Shown: piece by piece, positions 1 to 7,759 of the stretch
Layout of the letters: each line of letters opens with the position of its first letter
Position numbering within the stretch: position 1 is the stretch's first letter
IMG/VR virus record: IMGVR_UViG_3300046739_000063
Span: 1-42,256 of that record
Source of the DNA: a virus
Lineage: Duplodnaviria; Caudoviricetes
Direction: 5' to 3' (one strand)
DNA length: 42,256 nt
Notes under the pieces: model-generated
What the model was told of the DNA's origin: nothing
The model's database searches: none
The model's input: only the letters and a program-made list of their open reading frames with translations
Program-made: the position numbers and the translations under genes

Positions 1-127
1 GCTGCGGCTTTGGCGTCTCGGTGCCGGGCGGTCCAGTGCTTGCGATAAAGCTGGTTGGGCGCGGGGGGCACCCAATCCAGCCACAGGACGATAGTTGTAC
101 TCATTTTGGTTTGTGTCCTGAATCAGC
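1..127. repeat. Terminal direct repeat, copy 1 (circular assembly overlap)
   Basis: Identical to 42130-42256. A minus-strand ORF reads through the junction without a stop. Confidence 0.97.
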
Positions 128-168
128 TTCTTCAGCTTTGCAGACAGTTCGTTAGTGTGGATTCCCAT
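1..168 (-). CDS. 5' part of RusA-like nuclease gene spanning the circular junction
   Basis: ATG at 168 after GAGGAGG and the stop of 172..366. Reads MGIHTNELSAKLKKLIQDTNQ... in frame with ORF 41926..42213; about 123 aa in total. Confidence 0.75.
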   Translation of the reverse strand, partial: MGIHTNELSAKLKKLIQDTNQNEYNYRPVAGLGAPRAQPALSQALDRPAPRRQSRS

Positions 169-171
169 GGC

Positions 172-366
172 TCATTTCTTCCTCCTCGCCGCCTTCTTTC
201 GATTGGCAGTCCGCAACTCGGTTTCGACTACATCCAGAGCGGCTGAATAGCAATATCCGCCGAGATCACATTCATCCTCGTCGCGTAATTGAATCCGACG
301 CGCCGTGCCTTGTGGAGACGTAAATAGTTCATTTACAATCCTGACTGCGAGCTGGGAGGGTTTCAT
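172..366 (-). CDS. Hypothetical protein (64 aa)
   Basis: ATGA overlap with upstream gene; GAGGAGG RBS. Confidence 0.7.
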   Translation of the reverse strand: MKPSQLAVRIVNELFTSPQGTARRIQLRDEDECDLGGYCYSAALDVVETELRTANRKKAARRKK

Positions 367-391
367 AATGATTTCCTCCTCGCCGCCTTCT
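179..391. repeat. 19-bp direct repeat TTCCTCCTCGCCGCCTTCT at 179-197 and 373-391
   Basis: Exact copies near the 3' ends of two adjacent genes; encodes KAARRK and contains the RBS of the next gene. Confidence 0.9.
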
Positions 392-539
392 GGCGGGCTT
401 TCCAGCCTTTAGCTATGAATCCCTTGTCGTAAGGATTCACAGTGATTAGAGAATCCTGCAATGTGCTATCCTTGCTGCGAATCCACCCATGGGCAAACGC
501 ATCAGCCTGAGCCAGCTTCATCTTGCTTAGATCAGTCAT
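363..539 (-). CDS. Hypothetical protein (58 aa, MTDLSKMK...)
   Basis: ATGA-coupled at both ends. Confidence 0.65.
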   Translation of the reverse strand: MTDLSKMKLAQADAFAHGWIRSKDSTLQDSLITVNPYDKGFIAKGWKARQKAARRKSL

Positions 540-727
540 ACTTTGGTCGGTTTCCAGAAATCCACGCACCATGTCTCTGTGTGTTTCAGTCCATGCCGTT
601 TAACACGAATATGGCGTCCATCCAAGATGCTCGTTACGAAGCCGCGCCTGCGATTGAGCCTGCCTTGCAGGAGTTGCGCCAAGGCTTCATTGGACATTTC
701 CACAACATCTCCAACTTTGAATTTCAT
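536..727 (-). CDS. Small KOW/SH3-like protein (63 aa)
   Basis: MKFKVGDVVE...GFVTSI pattern; ATG at 727 directly after the upstream stop. Confidence 0.6.
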   Translation of the reverse strand: MKFKVGDVVEMSNEALAQLLQGRLNRRRGFVTSILDGRHIRVKRHGLKHTETWCVDFWKPTKV

Positions 728-728
728 C

Positions 729-1454
729 TCAAATATCCAGTATTGCGGGTTGTTTGGTTCGGACACTGGCCTTGACGATCTTCTCAGCCCTGACTCCGGG
801 TATCTTGGTGGTTCCTGAGTTGAGCAGGCTCTTGATCTGGCTGACGAGCGGTTCCAGTTTGACGCAGTAGGTGTATGCCCGATACAAGGCATGAACATCA
901 CTCACGATTATGTCCCAGTCCTCGCTGATGACCTGACCATCTACCCTGGCCGGCGCCGCGACCGGGATGGCCTCGTCCTTGGCCCGGTTGTTGAAGTCCT
1001 CAGCGATGGCATCCAATTCTTCATGTGATGTGGCCTTGGTTTCTGCCGCGGCCCGTTCCCGCTCCAGCCTGGTCAACCTGTCATTCTCGGCCTGCTCGGC
1101 CGCGCGCGCTTTCTTGGCCTCGAGCTGCTGAAAGTCTGCTATCAGGTTTGAGATGCGCGATAATTCCTTCTCCAACGGCTCGCGGTATGTCCGGGCCATC
1201 TTGTCTATGTCTACCTTTTCCTTGATCTGTTTGCGGCATGTCTCGACCAGCTTCAACGTGCTGGCGAGCTTGGCCTGGACTGCCACGGCCTGCTTCTGGT
1301 CGTCTGCATCGGCTACAGCCAAGACGTTGGCTGATATTTCCAGCAGCATGGACCGGAGTTGGGGTGCGTGCTCGGTCAGGGCCAGGGTTTGGCCGGACAG
1401 AACCATCAGCTCGGTGGAGGATGGTTCGGGTTCGAATAGAGATTTAATGTTCAT
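729..1454 (-). CDS. Coiled-coil recombination-module protein (Gam/gp157-like)
   Basis: Long helical region, C-terminal KIPGVR motif typical of this class, near the SSB-like gene. Confidence 0.55.
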   Translation of the reverse strand: MNIKSLFEPEPSSTELMVLSGQTLALTEHAPQLRSMLLEISANVLAVADADDQKQAVAVQAKLASTLKLVETCRKQIKEKVDIDKMARTYREPLEKELSRISNLIADFQQLEAKKARAAEQAENDRLTRLERERAAAETKATSHEELDAIAEDFNNRAKDEAIPVAAPARVDGQVISEDWDIIVSDVHALYRAYTYCVKLEPLVSQIKSLLNSGTTKIPGVRAEKIVKASVRTKQPAILDI

Positions 1455-1818
1455 GATACTGGACCTCGGGCAAACGATCTTTCATGGTTTGAATGATTCG
1501 CTCCATTTCGTTCTGGTAAAATTGGTCGAACGTGGCGCTGGTTTGGCCCTGACTTTGTTCCCATTTCCAGACTGCATAATGAACCCCCCGAAGTCTTTGG
1601 CTTGGGGTCTTGTGTTCCAAGTCGCCCTTGACCGTGATGAGTTCTTCGGGTGCATCGTCAACGGGCTGGATCAGGAGCCTGACATTCTTGTGGTCCAGTT
1701 CCATAAGCGCCACCTTTTCAGGCACCGAAAGTTCAGGTGTGCTGGCCCTGAACCCGATTGAGCCATCTGCCCGGCTGGTGAAGCCGGACAGAATGGAGGG
1801 CATGGTTATGGCCTTCAC
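1444..1818 (-). CDS. Phage hypothetical protein with TPSQRLR motif (possibly NinB/DUF1367-like)
   Basis: KTPSQRLRGVHY motif; tightly packed operon. Confidence 0.5.
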   Translation of the reverse strand: MKAITMPSILSGFTSRADGSIGFRASTPELSVPEKVALMELDHKNVRLLIQPVDDAPEELITVKGDLEHKTPSQRLRGVHYAVWKWEQSQGQTSATFDQFYQNEMERIIQTMKDRLPEVQYHEH

Positions 1819-1824
1819 GATGCC

Positions 1825-2268
1825 TCAAAACGGGACATCATCAGGAGGTTCGGGGTCCAGCTCTGCTGGATCGGGTTCCTGTTGTCGAGCTGGTGCAGGA
1901 TTGGCCTTTGCTGGCGCTGGCTTCGTTTGGGCGGCGGGTTTGGGCTGGTTCCGGGGTGCCCGGACCCTGATTCCGCCCACAAGCTTCCCGCCGAAGCTTA
2001 CGTTGGGCTCGTCATAGATCACGATTTTCTGGCCGATCCAGTCATCCGATTCCTCGCTCTTGAAGATTTGGGCACAAATCTGGCCGTTGGTGCTGTTCAG
2101 GACCATGGGCTTCTCGCATTCATCGAAGCTCATGCACCAGCGAAGCTCCTCGGGTGCGCCCTGTTTGGCCACGTTCTCCTGGTGTATGTCTTTGATCGTA
2201 ACCAACAACCCACGCCCAGCATCAGCCCGGGTTAGGAAGTTGGATTGTTTCAGTTGGGATACATTCAT
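1825..2268 (-). CDS. Putative single-stranded DNA-binding protein
   Basis: OB-fold-like core (KPMVLNSTN, WIGQKIVIY), Pro/Ala linker, acidic tail DDVPF. Confidence 0.75.
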   Translation of the reverse strand: MNVSQLKQSNFLTRADAGRGLLVTIKDIHQENVAKQGAPEELRWCMSFDECEKPMVLNSTNGQICAQIFKSEESDDWIGQKIVIYDEPNVSFGGKLVGGIRVRAPRNQPKPAAQTKPAPAKANPAPARQQEPDPAELDPEPPDDVPF

Positions 2269-2318
2269 CTACTTACCTTTCTTTGTTCGTGTTCCCGGGT
2301 TGTTATTGGACCGGAAAT

Positions 2319-2478
2319 TGGTGAGCGCGGGGACGGTTCTTACGGTTCCGCCCGGTCTGTCCAATGAATCCTGCGGGGCAATTACTCCCGCCCGTATTCA
2401 TTAAGGGCCACCCGAGTCTATCACCCGCCGTTGTCGGTCGAAACCGACAAGTTGGTTCCCGCCTAGGCGCCGCGCTCA
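2319..2478 (-). ncRNA. Structured tRNA-like RNA ending in ACCA
   Basis: Closing stem UGAGCGCGG/CCGCGCUCA followed by CCA; internal hairpins UUGUCGGU-UUCG-ACCGACAA, AAUGAAU..AUUCAUU and GGGCGG/CCGUCC; intergenic. Confidence 0.7.
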
Positions 2479-2482
2479 TAAA

Positions 2483-2719
2483 TTACTTAAATCGTCTCTG
2501 GGCCAGCTCCGCCTTGCGTTCCGCCAGCGCCTCATCATGGCTCTGCTCAATATCGGCCTTGTCATACGCAGCCAAGAACTGTTCCTCGGCCTCAAGCATC
2601 GTCTCGCCCTGGCCCTGGGCTTGGTTCGCGCAGGAGACGGTGCCGCAGCGGACCATGTAGGTGTTCTGATCCATTTGATACCAGGACCAGACGGGGCGGG
2701 AGCAGGTTGGACAAGTCAT
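2483..2719 (-). CDS. Zn-ribbon protein (Lar-like)
   Basis: CPTC...CGTVSC cysteine pairs. Confidence 0.55.
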   Translation of the reverse strand: MTCPTCSRPVWSWYQMDQNTYMVRCGTVSCANQAQGQGETMLEAEEQFLAAYDKADIEQSHDEALAERKAELAQRRFK

Positions 2720-2997
2720 AGACTTTTCAATATCCGAATGGCCTTGCCAGCGGTAACTGTCGTTCTGTTTTTTCCCTTCACCCTATTCCAAAACCGATCA
2801 TGGAATGGGAATGGTTGCCCCGGAATGCCCGTCATCGTCCCGCCAATGCCAACGACATGTTTCGACTTCCTGTGTTTGAATCTGTGGAATTGAGTAAACA
2901 GGCACCCGCATTCGGATAAGTTAAACCAGCTAAAGTCCTTAGTGGCTTTGAATCGTTTCAACCAGACAATAACTTGCTTGGGGGTGTATGGTTTCAT
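2716..2997 (-). CDS. Hypothetical protein (93 aa, MKPYTPKQ...)
   Basis: ATG at 2997 overlapping the upstream stop; GAGG RBS. Confidence 0.65.
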   Translation of the reverse strand: MKPYTPKQVIVWLKRFKATKDFSWFNLSECGCLFTQFHRFKHRKSKHVVGIGGTMTGIPGQPFPFHDRFWNRVKGKNRTTVTAGKAIRILKSL

Positions 2998-3227
2998 TTC
3001 CCCCTCACTTTCTTTAGCGCAGCGCGGACGCGGGCCATGGCGTTCTTGTTCCATGATGTAAGCCCTCGTTCAAGCTGGCTCATGTAAGCCGGGGACCAGC
3101 CGCAGGCTTTGGCCAATGCACGCAGTTTAATGTCGCACCGCTCACGTTCCTGCCTGACCAGCTTTCCGGTCACACGATGGTTTATCTTTTCCACTTCATC
3201 AATGTAGGTTGAAAGGATCAAACTCAT
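2994..3227 (-). CDS. XRE-family (Cro-like) HTH regulator
   Basis: LRALAKACGWSPAYMSQLERG matches the HTH_3 pattern; no S24 domain. Confidence 0.85.
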   Translation of the reverse strand: MSLILSTYIDEVEKINHRVTGKLVRQERERCDIKLRALAKACGWSPAYMSQLERGLTSWNKNAMARVRAALKKVRGK

Positions 3228-3235
3228 GTGAATGA

Positions 3236-3264
3236 TGTTTACTTGATAAGGTTGCAGCCGTCAA
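3236..3264 (-). promoter_or_regulatory. Putative promoter TTGACG-N17-TAAACA
   Basis: Intergenic, AT-rich upstream tract, 8 nt before the HTH ATG. Confidence 0.5.
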
Positions 3265-3314
3265 GGATTTATTTCCAACAATCTGCGAAGGCGGTTATGC
3301 CTGGCATTGTGGCG

Positions 3315-3551
3315 TCATTGGTCCAGCCTTTGAATCGCCCTCTCGATCAAGCGCCAGGCGAGTTGGTTGAAATCCCTTTCGATAAGCAACTGTTTGGATT
3401 CCATCTGCTCAAGCGTTTTACCTAATGCCTGCTTGCAATTCAATAAGGCTCGCGCCCTCTCCAAATCCTCGCGGATCGCCTTGCGCCGGGCGATGATGGC
3501 GCGGGTTAGGTCAGTGATCTCCTCTTGGCCTGCGTTGGGTGGGGTGGTCAT
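3315..3551 (-). CDS. Hypothetical coiled-coil protein (78 aa)
   Basis: GGAGG RBS; starts 4 nt after the MTase stop. Confidence 0.65.
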   Translation of the reverse strand: MTTPPNAGQEEITDLTRAIIARRKAIREDLERARALLNCKQALGKTLEQMESKQLLIERDFNQLAWRLIERAIQRLDQ

Positions 3552-3555
3552 GGGG

Positions 3556-4986
3556 TTATAGCCTCCCTATCGGCGCGTAAAGGTCTTTGATTCTGCAAAT
3601 ATCACCCTTGTAAGCAACGATGATCTTTTGTTCTCGTTTGGGGAACTTGCGATAGTTCAGAGTCTTCTTGGCGTGGGCCAGCCGAGTGAATTCACATTCG
3701 AGGTAGGTAATCTTATTATAAACCGAAAGGCCATGCTCTTTGAAGAAAAGTTCCGTTTCGGCCTCGGAACAGTAATATGCCCCGTCTTTGTCCCGGCTGT
3801 CGCCAGTCATCACCACGAAGAAGCAATTATCATTCAGCCGATCAATGGCGATTTTGTATCCAGCGAAAAGCGCAGCACTGAACTTGTCGTAAGTGCTGAA
3901 AGTGTTCAGTTCTCCGGGGGGAGGGTTTCCGTCGTAATCAAGATATTCCTCGACCTTGTAATAAGGCGGGCAGGTGAACACCAGATCGAATCTTCCTTCC
4001 GGCTCATAGGTGGAGCTGTCGCTCTGTATCCAAGTGGAATCAAAGTCGCTGCAGAGCTTGTTATTTGCATCGCACTGGTTCTGCCTCAATTCGCTGGCCA
4101 CGTATTCATAGCCATACGATCCAGCGACAAATCCAAACTGAACACCTCCGCCGAATGGATTGTAAATTCTCCGTCCGCGTTCTGGAATGAAGAATCGCAA
4201 CACCACTTCACAAGCGACAGGATCAAGAACGGAAGCATTCCCGTTGTGCGCTTTTGTCTTGGCCTCAACCTCGCCAGCATCATTTATAAATCGCTTGGTG
4301 TTTACGATGTTGGAGTAGCCATTCTCCCCCTGCCAGCAACCGTCTCGCGTGGCATATGTCGGATTCTTGATGCCTTTCTTTTCGCCAACAGCTTCGATCT
4401 TCTCATTCCACTCCCGCTTCAACCGCAGCCAATCTCCTTTGGTTGTGTTCCAGACGTTTGTCATTGTGATATGCGCCAGAAGTTTCATCCGCACGGCGGA
4501 CAAGTCGCCCAGGACCATGTAATGAAACCCGGACATTTTCAGATAGGTGACAAATCCAAGGCTCTCGAATAATTCCGGGGTCTCGAATTTGCTCTTCGGG
4601 TCGGTGGTGATGATTGCTGGGTAGCCCTCCGTGTTATGTTCAACCACAGCCTCAACCATCTGTCTGTAAAGTGCGGGCGTGAAGTGCTGCGGTGAGATCA
4701 CCGATTGCAACAAGCAAAACTCTTTAACGACATGATTCTTCTGGAATGTCATAAAGCCAGCGAATTGACCGTCCACTTTTAACACTACGGCGGAATGAAT
4801 CTGCATGTTCTTGCGAGCGGCTCGCATCGCAATGCCGTCCTCGATTGCGAGCTTGGCTATCTGATTTTCAAATCCAGATCCGATCACACTCGGCACGCAG
4901 AGAAATTCCGCCTGCGTCTTAATCAGGTCTAGCTGTTCGCGGGTCTTAGAGCGCGAGTGTTTTTTGTCTGGCGTTTCTATTTTCAT
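3556..4986 (-). CDS. GNAT-like domain fused to amino (N4C/N6A) DNA methyltransferase
   Basis: Motif I YNPFGGG and motif IV FTCPPYY. N-terminal VVLKVDGQFAGFM...LFESLGF follows the GNAT pattern. Confidence 0.8.
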   Translation of the reverse strand: MKIETPDKKHSRSKTREQLDLIKTQAEFLCVPSVIGSGFENQIAKLAIEDGIAMRAARKNMQIHSAVVLKVDGQFAGFMTFQKNHVVKEFCLLQSVISPQHFTPALYRQMVEAVVEHNTEGYPAIITTDPKSKFETPELFESLGFVTYLKMSGFHYMVLGDLSAVRMKLLAHITMTNVWNTTKGDWLRLKREWNEKIEAVGEKKGIKNPTYATRDGCWQGENGYSNIVNTKRFINDAGEVEAKTKAHNGNASVLDPVACEVVLRFFIPERGRRIYNPFGGGVQFGFVAGSYGYEYVASELRQNQCDANNKLCSDFDSTWIQSDSSTYEPEGRFDLVFTCPPYYKVEEYLDYDGNPPPGELNTFSTYDKFSAALFAGYKIAIDRLNDNCFFVVMTGDSRDKDGAYYCSEAETELFFKEHGLSVYNKITYLECEFTRLAHAKKTLNYRKFPKREQKIIVAYKGDICRIKDLYAPIGRL

Positions 4987-5821
4987 ATGTGGGCTTGTTC
5001 GGGTTGGTTAATGCAGGAGAGCCATTGTGACTTCCTGCGATTGCGTTTTGACCCACCAAAGTCACCCCGCAAACGTCCGGGCAATGAGAGCAATGGCCAA
5101 GGTAGGTAGAATTGTTTGAGAGCGAAACCGCTCTGACAGACTCCAAATCTTTAACCGCCGTCAGTTTGATTATGCCGCCGACTACCAGGGAATGATTCTT
5201 TGGGACGCGCAAGGGATTATCAATGGTCGGGTGCAATCGGAATAACTCGTCCTGAACCGCAGCCATCCGTGCGCCGTCTGGATTAGCCCGAATGAAATCA
5301 CAGGAAACAATCCGCGCAATGCTGTCACCCCCAGAGAGTTTAAATCGGTAGAACTCACGCTTTCGATAGGCAAGCTCGGCGGCCGTGTCCAGTGCGGAAA
5401 TGGAAGTGTTCAGAACCGTTCGGCAGGCAACGAGCCTTTTAACCTGCGCGTCACTTAGCCGCATCCAGTGTTTTGTAATTACAACTGGTCGGGCGAAATC
5501 TGCGAGCCATTCGATTGTATCAACGGTTTCCTCCCAGTCGTGGCAAGGATCGCCCATTGTTCCGACCCGGAAGAAACCATGCGGAGAATTGGCAACCGCT
5601 CTCTCAATTGCCCTGGCTTGCGTCTTTGAGTGAACCTTGCGCGTGACTGCGACGGTAAAATCTATGCCACGAAATTTGGCTATGTTAGCCGCGTAGCATC
5701 CATCGTAACAGCCAGCAGCGGGCCGCGCTGCCATGCCAGCGGTGCAACCTTTGACCGTATCAACATCAAAAACACCTTTGGAATTAAGCGTTGCGGTCAA
5801 GACGTTTGAGAATTGGCGCAT
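4946..5821 (-). CDS. Radical SAM protein, SPL-like, with atypical CX11CX3C motif
   Basis: VKGC-X11-CYDGCYA, RVGTMGDP, VITK, SISALD; C-terminal CSHCPDVC. Confidence 0.75.
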   Translation of the reverse strand: MRQFSNVLTATLNSKGVFDVDTVKGCTAGMAARPAAGCYDGCYAANIAKFRGIDFTVAVTRKVHSKTQARAIERAVANSPHGFFRVGTMGDPCHDWEETVDTIEWLADFARPVVITKHWMRLSDAQVKRLVACRTVLNTSISALDTAAELAYRKREFYRFKLSGGDSIARIVSCDFIRANPDGARMAAVQDELFRLHPTIDNPLRVPKNHSLVVGGIIKLTAVKDLESVRAVSLSNNSTYLGHCSHCPDVCGVTLVGQNAIAGSHNGSPALTNPNKPTYENRNARQKTLAL

Positions 5822-5979
5822 GGGTTCACCTCAACGAGAACAACTCTCGGGTTTTTGTAGATCAACGAAATCTTCTGGCGATAATGGCCGGCCCGAATAT
5901 GGCGCCACACGGTTCTGGTGGATCGCGAGCACCTAACGGATTCTTCGTGCAGAAATTGTTTTAGTGGGATGGGTTTCAT
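5797..5979 (-). CDS. Small Xis/AlpA-like HTH protein
   Basis: SRSTRTVWRHIRAG pattern. Confidence 0.55.
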   Translation of the reverse strand: MKPIPLKQFLHEESVRCSRSTRTVWRHIRAGHYRQKISLIYKNPRVVLVEVNPCANSQTS

Positions 5980-6674
5980 TGTGAGTTGTAGTCAGGGACA
6001 TCAGCGAGCGAGACATGGCGGGCATTGCGAAGGAACCGGCTGGCTATGCGGCGCTCAAACTTGGATTCCCATGATTCAGGCGGGACATTGGTTGTGATGA
6101 CTGTCCACTTGGCAACCCGCCGCTCGAGGATCAGATACAGCTTTTCCATTCCTGCCCTGCTCGGATCGTGTTCGGCGCCGATGTCATCAATCACCAGCAG
6201 CGAAACCGGCATCATTTCCTGAACCAGATACCAGTTGCCCTCTTTGAACCTGTCAACGGTGGTGGGCCAATGGACGAACATGGTGTCTGCCAGCCTCATT
6301 TCGCCATCGTCACTGATTACGAGGGGAATCCTCATGGCCAGCCTGGATGCCCAGTTGTGGATCGCCTTGGCGGAATGGCTCTTCCCGGTGCCGTTCTCGC
6401 CTGAGATGATCATCCGGTAGCCGCTACTCGGCCGCTTTGCGTAGTTCGCGCAGAAGCTCCAGACCTCGTTCTGTAGCCGGGCCAAGAGCGGGTGGTGGGG
6501 GTTCAACCTTAGCCACTTGTCCAACCAGGCTTGCTTCTGACTCTTTTGCTTGTCGGTCAATGAGTCGTCTGGCGGCGGCTCCATAATCCGTCGGGCCGAT
6601 GGTAATTCCAACGTTTCTAGGATTTGGCTGATTGGCTTTGTTCGATCCGGTTCCGGTGTATTTTCCGTTAGCAT
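5976..6674 (-). CDS. DnaC/IstB-like helicase loader ATPase
   Basis: Walker A GENGTGKS, Walker B LLVIDDIG, TVITTN, RIASR. Start uncertain (6674 or 6584). Confidence 0.9.
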   Translation of the reverse strand: MLTENTPEPDRTKPISQILETLELPSARRIMEPPPDDSLTDKQKSQKQAWLDKWLRLNPHHPLLARLQNEVWSFCANYAKRPSSGYRMIISGENGTGKSHSAKAIHNWASRLAMRIPLVISDDGEMRLADTMFVHWPTTVDRFKEGNWYLVQEMMPVSLLVIDDIGAEHDPSRAGMEKLYLILERRVAKWTVITTNVPPESWESKFERRIASRFLRNARHVSLADVPDYNSQ

Positions 6675-7281
6675 AGTTCCTTTTCCAGTTGCGTGCAGCA
6701 GCCTCAAAGCTGCGCATCGGGTTTCTGCCTACTTTCCAACCGTTTGACTCGTAGAAATCAAAAAACTTCTCGGCCTCCTCCTGGGGCAAACCAGCTTTGA
6801 CGAACCAGAGGCGCACTTGTTCGGCTGTCGGCTTCTCAAACGCCTTTTTAGTCTCTGCCCGAATGGGCACACTCTTAGGCGAGGGCGAGGGCGAGGGCGA
6901 GGGCGAGGGCGAGGGAGGCGAACATTTGTTAACATTTGTTAACATTTGTTCGGGAGCGGCTGGATATTTACTGACTGTCCTTGCATGTTCTTTCCATTTA
7001 AGCACTTGCAAGTATTTGGTTCCGTCCACCTCATAAAGCACGATCTCTCTTTTGCTAACAAGTGTTTGCAAGGCGATAACAATTGTTTGCACGGGTATCT
7101 CATTGCCATCTGGATCGCCTAAAGGGAAAGCCTCACTCCTGACCAACATCGGCTCGGCTTCGAGTCTGCCGTAATCATCCACCAAGGTTAGCAGGCGGAT
7201 AAATAGGCTCTGGCTTAGATAGTCGCAGCGATTGAATCGGAGGCTCGTACGGACGCCTGGCCTGAGAAAGCGTTGGGGCAT
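6424..7281 (-). CDS. Replication initiator (replisome organiser, O-like)
   Basis: N-terminal MPQRFLRP...VDDYGR, SP linker, C-terminal KFFDFYESNGWKVGRNPMRSFEAAARNW; precedes the loader; contains iterons. Confidence 0.88.
   Translation of the reverse strand: MPQRFLRPGVRTSLRFNRCDYLSQSLFIRLLTLVDDYGRLEAEPMLVRSEAFPLGDPDGNEIPVQTIVIALQTLVSKREIVLYEVDGTKYLQVLKWKEHARTVSKYPAAPEQMLTNVNKCSPPSPSPSPSPSPSPKSVPIRAETKKAFEKPTAEQVRLWFVKAGLPQEEAEKFFDFYESNGWKVGRNPMRSFEAAARNWKRNYANGKYTGTGSNKANQPNPRNVGITIGPTDYGAAARRLIDRQAKESEASLVGQVAKVEPPPPALGPATERGLELLRELRKAAE
6878..6915. repeat. (GAGGGC)n tandem repeat encoding a Ser-Pro linker
   Basis: About 6 hexamer units. Confidence 0.9.
6921..7087. promoter_or_regulatory. 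Probable origin iterons AACA-NN-TGTT
   Basis: AACATTTGTT x3 in tandem (6921-6950), AACAAGTGTT 7057-7066, AACAATTGTT 7078-7087, all inside the initiator gene. Confidence 0.7.
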
Positions 7282-7306
7282 GGTCGCCAATCGAAAAGCT
7301 CTGCAT

Positions 7307-7432
7307 CGCTGCCGTGGCAGGGTCGTGAAACAAACCAGCCTTGGCGGCAAGTCCTGTTCACGGCAACGAAGCGGAAATTTCCACTGATTTGTTTCACGGC
7401 CCCAATTACTCACACCCTTCCAGCCAACGCAA
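7307..7432 (-). promoter_or_regulatory. Putative promoter and structured leader of the initiator gene
   Basis: TTGCGT-N17-GTAATT; 19-bp stem 7320-7338/7384-7402 crossed by 10-bp stem 7307-7316/7359-7368. Confidence 0.55.
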
Positions 7433-7451
7433 GAGAAAAATCATTCACGGC

Positions 7452-7685
7452 TTATAAACGTCGTTGGATTGCCGCCTCGATCAAGTCCTCATCTTCTGGA
7501 CGGGGCTTTAGGCCAAGGCCGACGCTTTTACCGTAAGTCGTTGGCCCTGTCGTTCCGCCCGCATTCAGGTTGACTTGTCCGGCGCTTACGACTTTGTGGC
7601 CAGCACCAACTTGATCGTGCTTCAGCAACTCATCGAAGATCACCGCGACCTCGATACCTTCACTGTCAATGATGATGTATTTCAT
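7452..7685 (-). CDS. Phage hypothetical protein (77 aa)
   Basis: MKYIII...VVSAG...YGKSVGLGLKPRPED; resembles a common small phage family. Confidence 0.75.
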   Translation of the reverse strand: MKYIIIDSEGIEVAVIFDELLKHDQVGAGHKVVSAGQVNLNAGGTTGPTTYGKSVGLGLKPRPEDEDLIEAAIQRRL

Positions 7686-7759
7686 ATAAACTCAATCCCG
7701 GAGCCAAGGTTATCGCGGACACGCGCCGGGTCGCGTGGAAATGGACGCCACTGGCCCAC

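Noticed and set aside
1-127. 127-bp terminal repeat as a biological DTR or att site
   Set aside because: The length equals a common assembler k-mer and it falls mid-gene; best read as a circularisation overlap.
809-826. Partial copy of the GGTTCCTGGGTTTGAGCA repeat
   Set aside because: Degenerate and inside a coding region away from a junction; may be chance.
2319-2478. Canonical tRNA or tmRNA
   Set aside because: No TTC loop, no standard anticodon arm, no G3:U70, and too short for tmRNA; kept only as tRNA-like.
3628-4572. 314-aa plus-strand ORF and other long antisense ORFs
   Set aside because: Shadows of well-supported genes on the opposite strand; no motifs.
7720-7737. CACGCG-N6-CGCGTG hairpin in a short intergenic gap
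   Set aside because: Only 6 bp in GC-rich DNA, with no supporting features.
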